From: an uncultured Actinomycetes bacterium
GTDB taxonomy: Bacteria; Actinomycetota; Acidimicrobiia; IMCC26256; DASPTH01
Length of the DNA stretch: 64,000 bases
Reading direction: 5' to 3'
NCBI GenBank assembly: GCA_963835985.1
Contig: CAWIHV010000003.1
Location: 100,006 to 164,005, forward strand
This document shows, piece by piece, positions 1 to 8,550 of the stretch. Both the position numbers and the translations under genes were made by a program. Under the pieces are notes generated by a model, which was given only the letters and a program-made list of their open reading frames with translations, made no database searches and had not been told where the DNA came from. Position 1 is the first letter of the stretch; the number at the start of each line of letters is the position of its first letter.

Positions 1-815
1 CCCGCGACGAGAGCATCTCGGTGTGGGGTGGTGGCGTCACCCACGTCGTGCGCCTGCTGCAGCATCCCGACATCGAGACCATCGAGGCCGGCCGCATCAG
101 CAGCGTGGGCATCGGCGGATCGGCCACGCCCCCCGACGTCATCCGCCAGATCGAGGAGCGCTTCCCCCACCTCGAGAGCGCGATCTCGACCGGCTACGGC
201 TCCACCGAGACCGGGCTCATCAGCTGGGCGCCGGGGTGGATGCTGAAGGCGCGTCCCGACTGCGTCGGGCCGCTGATGCCGACGTCACAGGCCCGCATCA
301 CCGACGACGACGGCGCCGAACTGCCGCCCGGCGGGGAGGGCAACATCGAGGCGCGCAGCTGGATGTCGATGCTCGGCTACTGGCACAACGACGCCGCCAA
401 CGCCGAGACCGTGCGCCCCGGTCGCTGGATCCGCACCGGCGACTTCGGCCGGTTCGAGGACGGCATCCTCTTCATCGCGTCGCGCAAGCGCGACCTCATC
501 ATCCGCGGTGGCGAGAACATCTACCCGTTCGAGATCGAGCACCGTCTCGACGAGCACGACGACATCGTCGAAGCCGCGGTGTACGGCGTCGACGATCCCG
601 TCCACGGCCAGGTGGTGAAGGCGGTCGTGGTTGTCGCGCCCGGCAGCCCGCTCACCGCCGACGAGGTGCGCGCGTTCTGCGCCTTGACGCTGGCGTCGTA
701 CAAGGTGCCCACCGAGGTCGAGCTCCGCACCGAGCCGCTGCCGCGCACCGCCAACGGCAAGGTGATGAAGCAGGTCCTCGCGGGCCAGGCGGAGAACACC
801 TTCATCGAGGAGTAG
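1..815 (+). CDS. Acyl-CoA synthetase / AMP-dependent ligase, C-terminal part (5' end upstream of window)
   Basis: The frame of ORF 21..815 stays open to base 3. It carries the ANL adenylating-superfamily motifs GYGSTETG, TGDFG..DGILFIASRKRDLIIRGGENIYPFEIE and C-terminal YKVP..PRTANGKVMK. Confidence 0.9.
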   Translation, partial: RDESISVWGGGVTHVVRLLQHPDIETIEAGRISSVGIGGSATPPDVIRQIEERFPHLESAISTGYGSTETGLISWAPGWMLKARPDCVGPLMPTSQARITDDDGAELPPGGEGNIEARSWMSMLGYWHNDAANAETVRPGRWIRTGDFGRFEDGILFIASRKRDLIIRGGENIYPFEIEHRLDEHDDIVEAAVYGVDDPVHGQVVKAVVVVAPGSPLTADEVRAFCALTLASYKVPTEVELRTEPLPRTANGKVMKQVLAGQAENTFIEE

Positions 816-817
816 AC

Positions 818-1299
818 GTGGATCCGGAGCAGGCGACTCAGCTCGACATCTCGCAGCTCCGCGGCCCGATCGGCGACGACGGCATCCCGTCAGGCGACTC
901 GGAAGCCGTCCGGCGTCTCGCCCGAACCTACGCCCTCGGGGTCGACCGTCGGGACGAGGCGCTGGTGCAGAGCCTGTTCACCGACGACGCCGTCGTCGCC
1001 GGCACACTGCGCACCGCGCCCGTCGTCCGAGTACGTGCCCGAGCTCATCGCCGGCGCATCGCGCTTCGCGGCGACGCAGCACAACATCACCAACCAGTAC
1101 GTCGGCCGCGCCGGCGACGACCTGATCGTGCACAGCTACGCGGTCGCGCTCCACTTCGGGGCCGACGACCGGGGCACCGGTGATCTCGCCATGGGCGTCG
1201 TGTACCGCGACCGCGCGACGCGGCGTCGGTACCGGCTGGTTGATCTCCCACCGCCAGACCGTGGTCATGTGGACCCGGCGCGGCACCCCCATGTCGTGA
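818..1299 (+). pseudogene. SnoaL-like / NTF2-fold protein, reading frame broken twice (about 1030 and 1225)
   Basis: GTG at 818 lies 6 nt after a GGAG. The protein-like sequence runs through three frames: VDPEQ..LVQSLFTDDAVVAG, then PELIAGASRFAATQHNITNQYV..VVYRDRA, then GWLISHRQTVVMW with TGA at 1297. This pattern is typical of SnoaL_4-type proteins. Confidence 0.55.
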
Positions 1300-1366
1300 T
1301 TCGCAAGCACGGCGGTTCCGGATGCAGCATCATGGACACGATCCACCTCCGAGGTGAGGAGGTCCG

Positions 1367-1831
1367 ATGCCCGGACTGGCCGAGAAGATGAAGGCGACGG
1401 TGCAGTCACGCGTGCCCGAGCCGGTGATCGCGGTCGGGGTGCTCCAGCCGGCCGGCACGTGGGGCGCGATGGGCGGTGACCAACTGAGCGGTCTCGTCGG
1501 CACGTTCATGCGCAAGAACGCGAACAAGCGCTCGGGCGGTCTCGCGAAGAACAGCGCCTTCCGCACGAAGGTCGCGCTGGTTGCGGTCACCGAATCCCGC
1601 GTCTACGCGTTCAACGCGAAAGGGTGGGGCCCCACCTGCAAGATCGTCGACGACGTCGGCGATTGGGATCGCGCCGACCTGAAGATCACCACGACGGCGG
1701 GCACGATGAGCACGCAGTTCGTGATCGACGTCGTGTCCACCGGCGATCACTACGAGCTCGAGACGAACGCGCTCATGGGCGTGGGCGGCTTCACCACGGA
1801 GTTCGTCGACGCGCTCCACCCCGACAACTGA
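1367..1831 (+). CDS. Hypothetical protein (154 aa)
   Basis: Intact ORF with GC3-rich codons and a strong GAGGAGG 4 nt upstream of the ATG. No family recognised. Confidence 0.7.
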   Translation: MPGLAEKMKATVQSRVPEPVIAVGVLQPAGTWGAMGGDQLSGLVGTFMRKNANKRSGGLAKNSAFRTKVALVAVTESRVYAFNAKGWGPTCKIVDDVGDWDRADLKITTTAGTMSTQFVIDVVSTGDHYELETNALMGVGGFTTEFVDALHPDN

Positions 1832-1850
1832 CGGGGCACCCGTGCGGTCG

Positions 1851-2204
1851 TCAGCCGCGCAGCTCCCACCGGTTGCCGGCCGGGTCCTGGCAGAAGAGGA
1901 TCCGGCGGCCGTCGAACTCGTTGTCGCCGAACTCGATGCCGGCGTCGCGCAGGCGGACCGCGACCGCGTCGAGCCCCTCGCCGTATTCGATCGCGGTGTG
2001 CGCACGCGCCGCGGGCTGGTGGTCGGGATCGAGGCTGAGGTGCACCTGCGTGCCGTCGTCGGTCTCGTACCACCGGGCGCCGAAGCCCTGCGCCATCGCC
2101 GACGGCTCGACCTTGCGGTAGCCGAGGACCCCGATGAGGAAGTCGGCCTCGTCGTCGGCGCCGTCGGGCGGAACACCCAGGTTCACGTGATGCAGACGGG
2201 TCAT
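1851..2204 (-). CDS. VOC / glyoxalase-bleomycin-resistance family protein
   Basis: ORF 1851..2243 with the start taken at MTRLHHVNLGV (ATG 2204). HHVNL..G and C-terminal F.DPAGN.WEL are typical VOC-fold motifs. Confidence 0.85.
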   Translation of the reverse strand: MTRLHHVNLGVPPDGADDEADFLIGVLGYRKVEPSAMAQGFGARWYETDDGTQVHLSLDPDHQPAARAHTAIEYGEGLDAVAVRLRDAGIEFGDNEFDGRRILFCQDPAGNRWELRG

Positions 2205-2342
2205 GCCCGAAGCTTGCCACTCCTGGCGCCGACGCGTGCTCACCCGGGCTGGTTACGCTCCGGGCGACTGCCGTGATGACGAGGGGGCCTCATGCGGTCG
2301 TGCATCGGACGCTCGCGACGAGGAAGGAAGCGACGCGGCGCG

Positions 2343-3647
2343 ATGCTGGCGACGACCTGGGTTGGGATCCTGGCATCGATCGGCGGGCTGAGCACCCCCG
2401 CCCGTGCAGCTGACGCCACGTCACCAGTAGGCGTCACGACCCTGGCCTTCGAGGACACCAGCCGTCCGACGGCCGTCAACGGCGACTGCCCGAAGCTGCC
2501 GTCGCGCACGCTGGTCACCTCGGTGTACTACCCCGCGGCCGCCGCCACCGCGACGGATGCTGCGCAGCCCGGTGCGCCACCCGACCAGGCGAACGGTCCG
2601 TACCCCCTCATCGTCTTCGCACACGGGTTCGGCGCGACCCCCGACACCTACGCCGACCTGCTCGCGCACTGGGCGTCAGCCGGGTACGTCGTCGCCGCGC
2701 CCACCTTCCCCCTCAGCAGTGGAACCTCACCCTGCGGCGCGATCGCCGGCGACGTCGTGAACCAACCGCAGGACATGAGCTTCGTGATCACCTCCGTGCT
2801 GCGCCAAGCCGACCGTGACGACGGCCCGCTGTCGGGCCTCGTCGACGACCACCACATCGGTGCCGCTGGCCATTCCAATGGTGGTATCACCATCTACGGC
2901 CTCGTCGGGAACACCAAGCTTCGCGACACGCGCGTCGCCGCCGCCGCAATCCTGTCCGGCACCGCACAGAACTACCCGAAGGGGAAGTACGACCTCGCCC
3001 ACCTCCCCCCAGTCCTGTTCGTGCACGGAACCGACGACGCCCTCGTCCCGTACAGCGCGGCCGTCCACGGGTTCAACGCGGCACGTGGTCCGAAGGGATT
3101 GCTGTCGATCACCGGCGGCGACCACGGCTCCGCGGCGTCGTCGAGCGCGTTCGCCGCGACCACCGACTTCTTCGACGGCTACCTGCGCGACGACGCGGCG
3201 GCGCGAGCGCGGCTCCCCGACGACCAGGCCGCGGGCACGAGCACGATGAAGTTCGTCACCGCCAAGGGCGCCGCGGTCACCATTCCGACCGTCACGACGC
3301 CCAAGCTCGACCTTCACGCGAGCGTGACGCCGCGCAAGAACCTGCGCGGCGGTCAGATGGTGACCGTGAAGTGGAGCGGGTACACGCCGGGCAAGGTGGT
3401 CAACGTCCTCCAGTGCAACGGTGCCAACCGCGACCTGTCGAAGAGCAACGAGTGCGACTACTCGAAGGCCAAGTTGCTCCAACCCGATCCGACCGGTGAC
3501 GGATCTCTGCCGCTCGAGATCGTCGAAGGACCGATCGGAACCGGTAGCTGCGACGCCGACCACCAAGGATGCTTCGTCATCGTCAACAACGCGAGCTCGA
3601 CCGATCCGAAGGACTCGGTTCGCGTCGACATCTCGTTTGCCCGCTGA
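2343..3647 (+). CDS. Secreted alpha/beta-hydrolase fused to a C-terminal neocarzinostatin-like (four-Cys beta-sandwich) domain
   Basis: Signal-peptide-like MLATTWVGILASIGGLSTPARA-AD. Hydrolase motifs LIVFAHGFG, GHSNGG (nucleophile), VHGTDD and GGDHGS. The C-terminal 110 aa (GQMVTVKWSGYTPGKVVNVLQCN..ECD..GSCD..GCFVIV) resembles neocarzinostatin/macromomycin apoproteins. An alternative start is at 2292. Confidence 0.8.
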   Translation: MLATTWVGILASIGGLSTPARAADATSPVGVTTLAFEDTSRPTAVNGDCPKLPSRTLVTSVYYPAAAATATDAAQPGAPPDQANGPYPLIVFAHGFGATPDTYADLLAHWASAGYVVAAPTFPLSSGTSPCGAIAGDVVNQPQDMSFVITSVLRQADRDDGPLSGLVDDHHIGAAGHSNGGITIYGLVGNTKLRDTRVAAAAILSGTAQNYPKGKYDLAHLPPVLFVHGTDDALVPYSAAVHGFNAARGPKGLLSITGGDHGSAASSSAFAATTDFFDGYLRDDAAARARLPDDQAAGTSTMKFVTAKGAAVTIPTVTTPKLDLHASVTPRKNLRGGQMVTVKWSGYTPGKVVNVLQCNGANRDLSKSNECDYSKAKLLQPDPTGDGSLPLEIVEGPIGTGSCDADHQGCFVIVNNASSTDPKDSVRVDISFAR

Positions 3648-3675
3648 GCGCGACGGTCGAAACCGGGCACCGGCT

Positions 3676-4140
3676 CTACGTGTCGCCGCGGCTGGCGACC
3701 TCCTGCCACGTGCGTCCGCTCCGCACGCTGGCCGGCTCGTCCCGCACGACGTCCGAACCGCGCTGGGCGTCCACATCCGCCGTCTTCACGAGGATCCATC
3801 GGTGTTCGCCGGTCTGCGTGAGCGCGAACCCGCCGTGCAGCTTCGTGCCGTGCGCGAAGAACGACACGTGCGTCGGCGTCGAGCGCACGAGGTCGAAGGT
3901 GCCCTCGTCCCAGATGATCACCGCGCCAGTCCCCCGTCGGGAGCCTTCGTGGACTCCCTCGAAGTCTCCCGCGGCGAGTTCGTGATCGGGCACCGGCACC
4001 GCGAGGCGCTTCACGCCCGGATCGAGCGACGGGCCCTTCGGCACCGCCCACGACCGCAGCACGCCGTCGAGCTCGAGCCGCAGGTCGAAGTGGAGCGTCG
4101 TCGCGTCGTGGAGCTGAACCACGAACCGGGCCTCGTCCAC
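3676..4140 (-). CDS. Stand-alone LigD-type 3'-phosphoesterase (PE) domain protein
   Basis: FVVQLHDATTLHFDLRLELDGVLRSWAVPKGPSLDP..RLAV.V.DH and KLHGGFAL match the DNA ligase D phosphoesterase domain signature. No ligase or polymerase domain is attached. Confidence 0.85.
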   Translation of the reverse strand: MDEARFVVQLHDATTLHFDLRLELDGVLRSWAVPKGPSLDPGVKRLAVPVPDHELAAGDFEGVHEGSRRGTGAVIIWDEGTFDLVRSTPTHVSFFAHGTKLHGGFALTQTGEHRWILVKTADVDAQRGSDVVRDEPASVRSGRTWQEVASRGDT

Positions 4141-4146
4141 CGTGGT

Positions 4147-4329
4147 TCAGTCCGGTGACGGACGTTCCTGCCATTCGCTCGTGACCCGCATGTGCGCGTT
4201 GCGGTACGACAGGTAGTCGTCTTCGAGCGCGAGGACCTCGCACGCCTCGCCCCGCGCGCACTCACCGACGCCGGGCCGGCTCTCCACGAGCGGGCCCGGG
4301 CAGGTCGCGCGCTGGTTGGTCACCGACAT
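4147..4329 (-). CDS. Small Cys-containing hypothetical protein (60 aa)
   Basis: ATG at 4329. Codons are GC3-rich. The stop is 6 nt before the PE-domain gene start on the same strand. Four Cys are present (CPG...C..GEAC). No family recognised. Confidence 0.45.
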   Translation of the reverse strand: MSVTNQRATCPGPLVESRPGVGECARGEACEVLALEDDYLSYRNAHMRVTSEWQERPSPD

Positions 4330-4389
4330 GGTCCGACGGTAACCCCTCGTCCCCGGCGCCGCCCAGGCCCGGGATGGCAGCATGCGCGG

Positions 4390-5308
4390 ATGACGACCTT
4401 GGATTTCCGGACCATCGGACAGCAGCTCTCCAACTGGGGACGATGGGGGCCCGACGACGAGCTCGGCACCTTGAACCTGATCACCCCCGAGCGCATCGCC
4501 GCGGCCGCCGCACTGGCACGCACCGGGCGCGTCTTCGACCTCGGCTACACCCTCGCGTCCGACGGTCCGCAGATCGGCCTGGGCGGCCGGATCAACCCGG
4601 TGCACCTCATGTCGATGACCGGGCAGTCGAGCTTCCCCGACGGCGGCGGCTTCGCCGACGACTTCATCTTCATGCCGTTGCAGTGCGCGACGCAGTGGGA
4701 CGGCCTGGCCCACGTGTTCTACGACGACCACTGCTACAACGGCGTCCCCGCGTCGTCCATCACCGCGCGCGGCGCCGAGCAGCTCGCCATCGACAAGCTC
4801 GCCCGTGCGGTCATCGGACGCGGGGTGCTGCTCGACATCGCGCGCGCTCCACGGGGTCGAGTGCCTCCCGAGCGACCACGGCATCGGGCCCGACGACCTC
4901 GACGCCGCGGTCGAACGCCAGGGCGTGACCGTCGGCGCCGGCGACGTCCTCCTCGTCCGCACCGGCTGGACCACGAGGTTCGTGCCTGGATCGCCGTCCG
5001 ACTTCATGGGGCCGGAACCGGGACTGACGCTCGATGCCTGCGCGTGGTTGCGTGCACGCGACGTCGCCGCGTTCGCGTGCGACAACTGGGCCGTGGAGCT
5101 GTATCCGAGTGGAGATCCCGACGCGCGCATGCCGGTCCACTACGTGCTCATCCGCGACCTCGGCATGACCCTGGGCGAGATGTTCGACCTCGAAGCCCTC
5201 GCCGCCGACTGCGCGTCCGACGGGATCTACGAGTTCCTGCTCTGCGCACCCGTGCTCAAGGTCGCCCACGGTGTCGGCACGCCCCTCAACCCACTCGCGG
5301 TCAAGTGA
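4390..5308 (+). pseudogene. Cyclase-family protein (kynurenine-formamidase-like, PF04199 type), one frame break near 4845
   Basis: MTTLDFRTIGQQLSNWGRWGPDDELGTLN...QWDGLAHV in the frame of ORF 4192 continues as LHGVECLPSDHGIGPDDL..LLVRTGW..DNWAVE in ORF 4805..5308. The break lies in a (GC)n run. Confidence 0.8.
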
Positions 5309-6455
5309 CGGACCGCAGCTGGTCGTTGAGCCGCGCCGCTTGCCGCGTCTGGTGGTCGCGCTCCGCGAGGTTGGGCGCGTTGCGGGACGCGTCGGCGTAG
5401 AGGCGGGCGGCCAGCTCGAGGTCGCCGTTCTTCTCGTGCAGATACGCGGCGACCGCGTCGTGCCGCGGGACGTGAGTCGTCGACCTCGGCCAGCGCGGCG
5501 AGGCCGGCCGGCGCGCCGTCGGCCTCGCCGACCGCGACCGCGCGATTGAGCCGGACGATCGGGGTGTCGGCGAAGCGCAGCAGCTCGTCGTACCACTCGA
5601 CGATCTGGACCCAGTCGGTCTCCTCGACGCGCGGCGCGTCGGCGTGGAGCGCGGCGATCGCCGCCTGCGCCTGGTACTCGCCGAGGCTGGTCGCGTGCCA
5701 GCGCCGCCTGGGCGATGTCGATGCCTTCGGTGATGAGCGCGGTGTCCCACTGCGCTGCGGTCCTGCTCGGCGAGGGGCACGATGCTCCCGTCGGGTCGGG
5801 TGCGGCTGCGTCGGCGCGCGTGGTGCAGCAACATCAGCGCGAGCAGGCCGTGCACCTCGGGGTCGTCGGTGAGCGCGGCCAGCTGCCGGGTCAGGCGGAT
5901 CGCTTCCGCCGCAAGGTCGACGTCGCCGGAGTAGCCCTCGTTGAAGACGAGGTAGAGCACCCGCATCACCGTGCGCACGTCGCCGGGGCGATCGAGACCG
6001 GCGCGGGCGACGGTGCGCTTGGCCCGGCTGATGCGCTGCGCCATCGTCGCCTCGGGCACCAGGTACGCCTGCGCGATCTGGCGGGTCGTGAGCCCGCCGA
6101 CCGCTCGCAGGGTCAGCGCGACCGCCGATGACGACGTGAGGTCGGGGTGTGCGCACAGGAAGTAGAGGCGCAGCGTGTCGTCGGCGCTCGGCACCGCACC
6201 CGGCGGCGGTTCGGTGTCGAAGCGGACCTCGCGGTCGCGGCGCGCCGACTCGCGACCGGGTCATGTCGAGGAACGCGCGCCACGCGACGGTGACGAGCCA
6301 CCCCGTGGGATCGGCTGGCGGCTCGTCCCCCATGCGGAGAGTGCCTTGATCAGCGCTTCCTGCACCGCGTCCTCGGCCGTCGCGAAATCGGCGCCGCGAC
6401 GGACGAGGACGCTCAGGACGTGCGGGACGAGCTCACGCAGCTCGACGTCGTCCAT
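5301..6455 (-). pseudogene. ECF sigma factor with long C-terminal TPR-like extension (ECF42-type), about five frame breaks
   Basis: Region 2 (MDDVELRELVPHVLSVLVRR..AEDAVQEALIKAL, WLVTVAWRAFLDM) and region 4 (LRAVGGLTTRQIAQAYLVPEATMAQRISRAKR) are recognisable. The C-terminal extension follows (VFNEGY, EQDRS.WD, YQAQAAIAALHA, TDW.QIV.WYD.L, LNRAVAV). The sequence is recovered by switching frames near 6330, 6255, 5748, 5690 and 5470. Confidence 0.8.
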
Positions 6456-6457
6456 CG

Positions 6458-6866
6458 TCACTCGGTGACGGTGGGCGGCGCGTCCATGAACGGCCGGAGC
6501 TCCAGCCATTCGTGGATCGGCTCGCCGTTGGCACCGGGTGCCGCCGACAGCCCAGCCGCGAGCTCGAGCGCCCGCTCGTAGCTGTCGACGTCGATGACCA
6601 TCCAGCCCGCGATCAGGTCCTTCGTCTCCGCGAACGGGCCGTCGACCACGGCCGCGCCACCGCTCGGCGTCGGAGCGGACCCACACGCCGTCGGGCGACA
6701 GCGCCTGGGCGTCGACGAACTCACCGTCGCGCTCGAGCTTGGCGGCGAAGTCGTGCATGAACTGGATGTGGGCGTCGACCTCCTCGGGCTTCCACTGGTC
6801 CATCGGGATGTTGTTGACGGGCGCCGGCGCGCCTCGGTAGTGCTTGAGCAACAGGTACTTGGCCAT
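6458..6866 (-). pseudogene. YCII-related / DGPF-domain protein, one frame break near 6680
   Basis: MAKYLLLKHYRG..MDQW.PEEVDAHIQFMHDF continues in another frame as VVDGPFAETKDLIAGWMVIDVDSYERALELAA. GAGGAGGA lies upstream of the ATG at 6866. The stop is 2 nt before the sigma-factor start. Confidence 0.8.
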
Positions 6867-6920
6867 GGTGTCCTCCTCGAGGGTGTCTACCCCGGCCCTT
6901 CCGGCCGGGTGCACCCCTGG

Positions 6921-6948
6921 GACGGAGCCGAGCGCCGCGTTCTCGACA
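6921..6948 (-). promoter_or_regulatory. Candidate ECF42-type promoter (TGTCGA - 18 nt - CGTC) upstream of the DGPF gene
   Basis: The minus strand reads ATGTCGAGAACGCGGCGCTCGGCTCCGTCCC about 55 nt upstream of the 6866 start. It resembles the -35 TGTCGA / -10 CGTC motif that I recall for group ECF42. Confidence 0.4.
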
Positions 6949-7000
6949 TCGCTCGCGGAAGAAGTCGTCGCGGTTGACAGATCGGGGACGAGCCGAGATG

Positions 7001-7412
7001 TCAGGCGTGTCCGATGTCCGCGGTGACGACGTTCGTCACGTGCACTGCGAAGCGGTCCATGTCGCGGAGGTCCACGGTCGCGATGACGGCTCCGCCGGCG
7101 AGATCGGCGACCGCCACCACGAACGCGTCGACCGCACGCTCCGACCCCGAGCGCGTGGCGCCCAGGAGTTGGCCCGCCGCGGACACCGACACGGCTGTCC
7201 ACCGGATGGACCTCGACGCGTTCCCGACGTAGCCCGGCGAACACCCCGGCATCCGCCGAGCGACCACGCACCACCTCGGCCAACACCGCCGCCACCGTTG
7301 CGATCGGAAGTTCACGCCGGCGCATCTCCATGATCAACGCGCGAACCCGATCGCGGCGTTGCGCGGGACCATGGGCGATCGCGGACAGCGCCTCGCTGTC
7401 GAGCAGCAGCAT
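7001..7412 (-). pseudogene. vapC: PIN-domain toxin (VapC-like), one frame break near 7200
   Basis: MLLLDSEALSAIAHG...IATVAAVLAEVVRG continues in ORF 7001..7315 as AVDAFVVAVADLAGGAVIATVDLRDM. The start overlaps the antitoxin stop (TGATG). Confidence 0.75.
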
Positions 7413-7714
7413 CAGCCCGCTCGACGTGCCGGCCGCCCGGACTTGCCCGCGTCCCACTCCTCGACGAGTTGGGCAGCCCATTCCAAGGTCTCGTTCGGAA
7501 CGGGTCCGTGCTGCCGCTCGAGCTCCACCAGCCAGTCGTCCACGGCCGCGAGATGGCGGAGGCGGGCCAGATAGGCCGTGACTGCGGCGTCGACTGCAGC
7601 CGACAGACTGCGTGCTCCGACGGTGCGACGAAGCTCGCCCAACTGATCGGCGTCGAGCGTGACGACGGGCACGACCCCGACCCTCCGACCGTGCGATCCC
7701 GAGCCGACAGTCAA
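7412..7714 (-). CDS. vapB: Antitoxin of the VapBC-type pair (VapB/RHH-like)
   Basis: Small ORF immediately upstream of, and overlapping, the PIN gene. LDADQLGELRRTVGARSLSAAVDAAVTAYLARL resembles Rv0623-type VapB antitoxins. The true start may be an internal GTG. Confidence 0.6.
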   Translation of the reverse strand: MTVGSGSHGRRVGVVPVVTLDADQLGELRRTVGARSLSAAVDAAVTAYLARLRHLAAVDDWLVELERQHGPVPNETLEWAAQLVEEWDAGKSGRPARRAG

Positions 7715-7732
7715 TCAAGACAAAGGGGACGA
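7686..7732. repeat. Copy 1 of a 47-bp imperfect direct repeat (partner at 8482..8527)
   Basis: CGACCGTGCGATCC-N9-AGTCAATCA-N7-(A)GGGGACGA. The blocks and the 9-nt spacing are identical to the copy at 8482..8527. Confidence 0.6.
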
Positions 7733-7812
7733 CCGTCACTGATGCTGACCGCTTCCAGGTCACTCACGCATTCGGGACCACGTGACCCCTTGCAGTCGAG
7801 TATTCTTTACTC

Positions 7813-8064
7813 ATGACTGACGATGTAAAGAAAGAGCGGCGTCGGGGAACCACAGCCATCAGCAGCAAGCATCAGGTGACGATCCCCGTCGACGCGATGC
7901 GGGAGGCCGGCTTTCGCCCGGGCGACCGCCTCCGCGCCCGTGCCGACGGCGTCGGCAAGGTCGTGCTCGAACGTGAGGTGGAACCTCTCGACGCGTTCCT
8001 CGGCGCGCTCACCGGCGTGTACGAAGGCTTCGACCTCGACGCCCTCCGCGACGAGTGGGTCTGA
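7813..8064 (+). CDS. vapB: AbrB/MazE/SpoVT-type antitoxin
   Basis: The core TTAISSKHQVTIPVDAMREAGFRPGDRL is a looped-hinge-helix (SpoVT-AbrB) motif. The gene lies directly upstream of a PIN gene. Confidence 0.85.
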   Translation: MTDDVKKERRRGTTAISSKHQVTIPVDAMREAGFRPGDRLRARADGVGKVVLEREVEPLDAFLGALTGVYEGFDLDALRDEWV

Positions 8065-8470
8065 CCGTGCTCGATGCCGGCGTCGTGATCGCCGGCCTCG
8101 ACTCCGACGACACCCACCACGCAGCATCTGCCGCGCGCTCAGCGCGGCGCGCGACCGCGCCGACTTGTGCATGGTTCCTGCGTCGGCGTACGCAGAGGTC
8201 CTGGTGCGCCCGGCCCAGCGCGGGGTCGCGAACGTGGCTCGTGTCGACGCCGCGTTCGACGCGATGGCGCTCTCGATCGCGACTGCCGATCGAGACATCG
8301 CTCGCCGTGCCGCCACGCTCCGGGCCCGGCATTCGAGCCTCCGGCTGCCAGACGCGCTCGTCATCGCGACCGCGGTCGAGCTGGACGCCGACCACCTCCT
8401 CACCACCGACAAGCGTTGGAAGTCGCTCCGCGGGCTCGGCTTCCGCGGGCATCTGACCGTGGTCGGATGA
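8055..8470 (+). pseudogene. vapC: PIN-domain toxin (VapC-like), one frame break near 8130
   Basis: VLDAGVVIAGLDSDDTHHAA continues in the frame of ORF 7940..8470 as LCMVPASAYAEVLV..DALVIATAVELDADHLLTTDKRW. An alternative GTG start is at 8067. Confidence 0.75.
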
Positions 8471-8481
8471 TCACCCGGCGT

Positions 8482-8527
8482 CGACCGTGCGATCCGCAGA
8501 CGCCAGTCAATCACTCGAAAGGGACGA
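8482..8527. repeat. Copy 2 of the 47-bp imperfect direct repeat (partner at 7686..7732)
   Basis: CGACCGTGCGATCC-N9-AGTCAATCA-N6-(A)GGGACGA, in the gap between the PIN stop (8470) and the desaturase-fusion stop (8551). Confidence 0.6.
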
Positions 8528-8550
8528 GCGCCGCAGATCGCCGGTTGGGC

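Noticed and set aside
6261-7763. A 500-aa ORF, with comparable composite ORFs at 60907..63120, 31709..33976, 18316..20535 and 50944..52929.
   Set aside because: Only short stretches of each look like real protein (YCII N-terminus, PIN N-terminus, crotonase N-terminus and so on). The rest is read-through created by frame breaks and the scarcity of stop codons.
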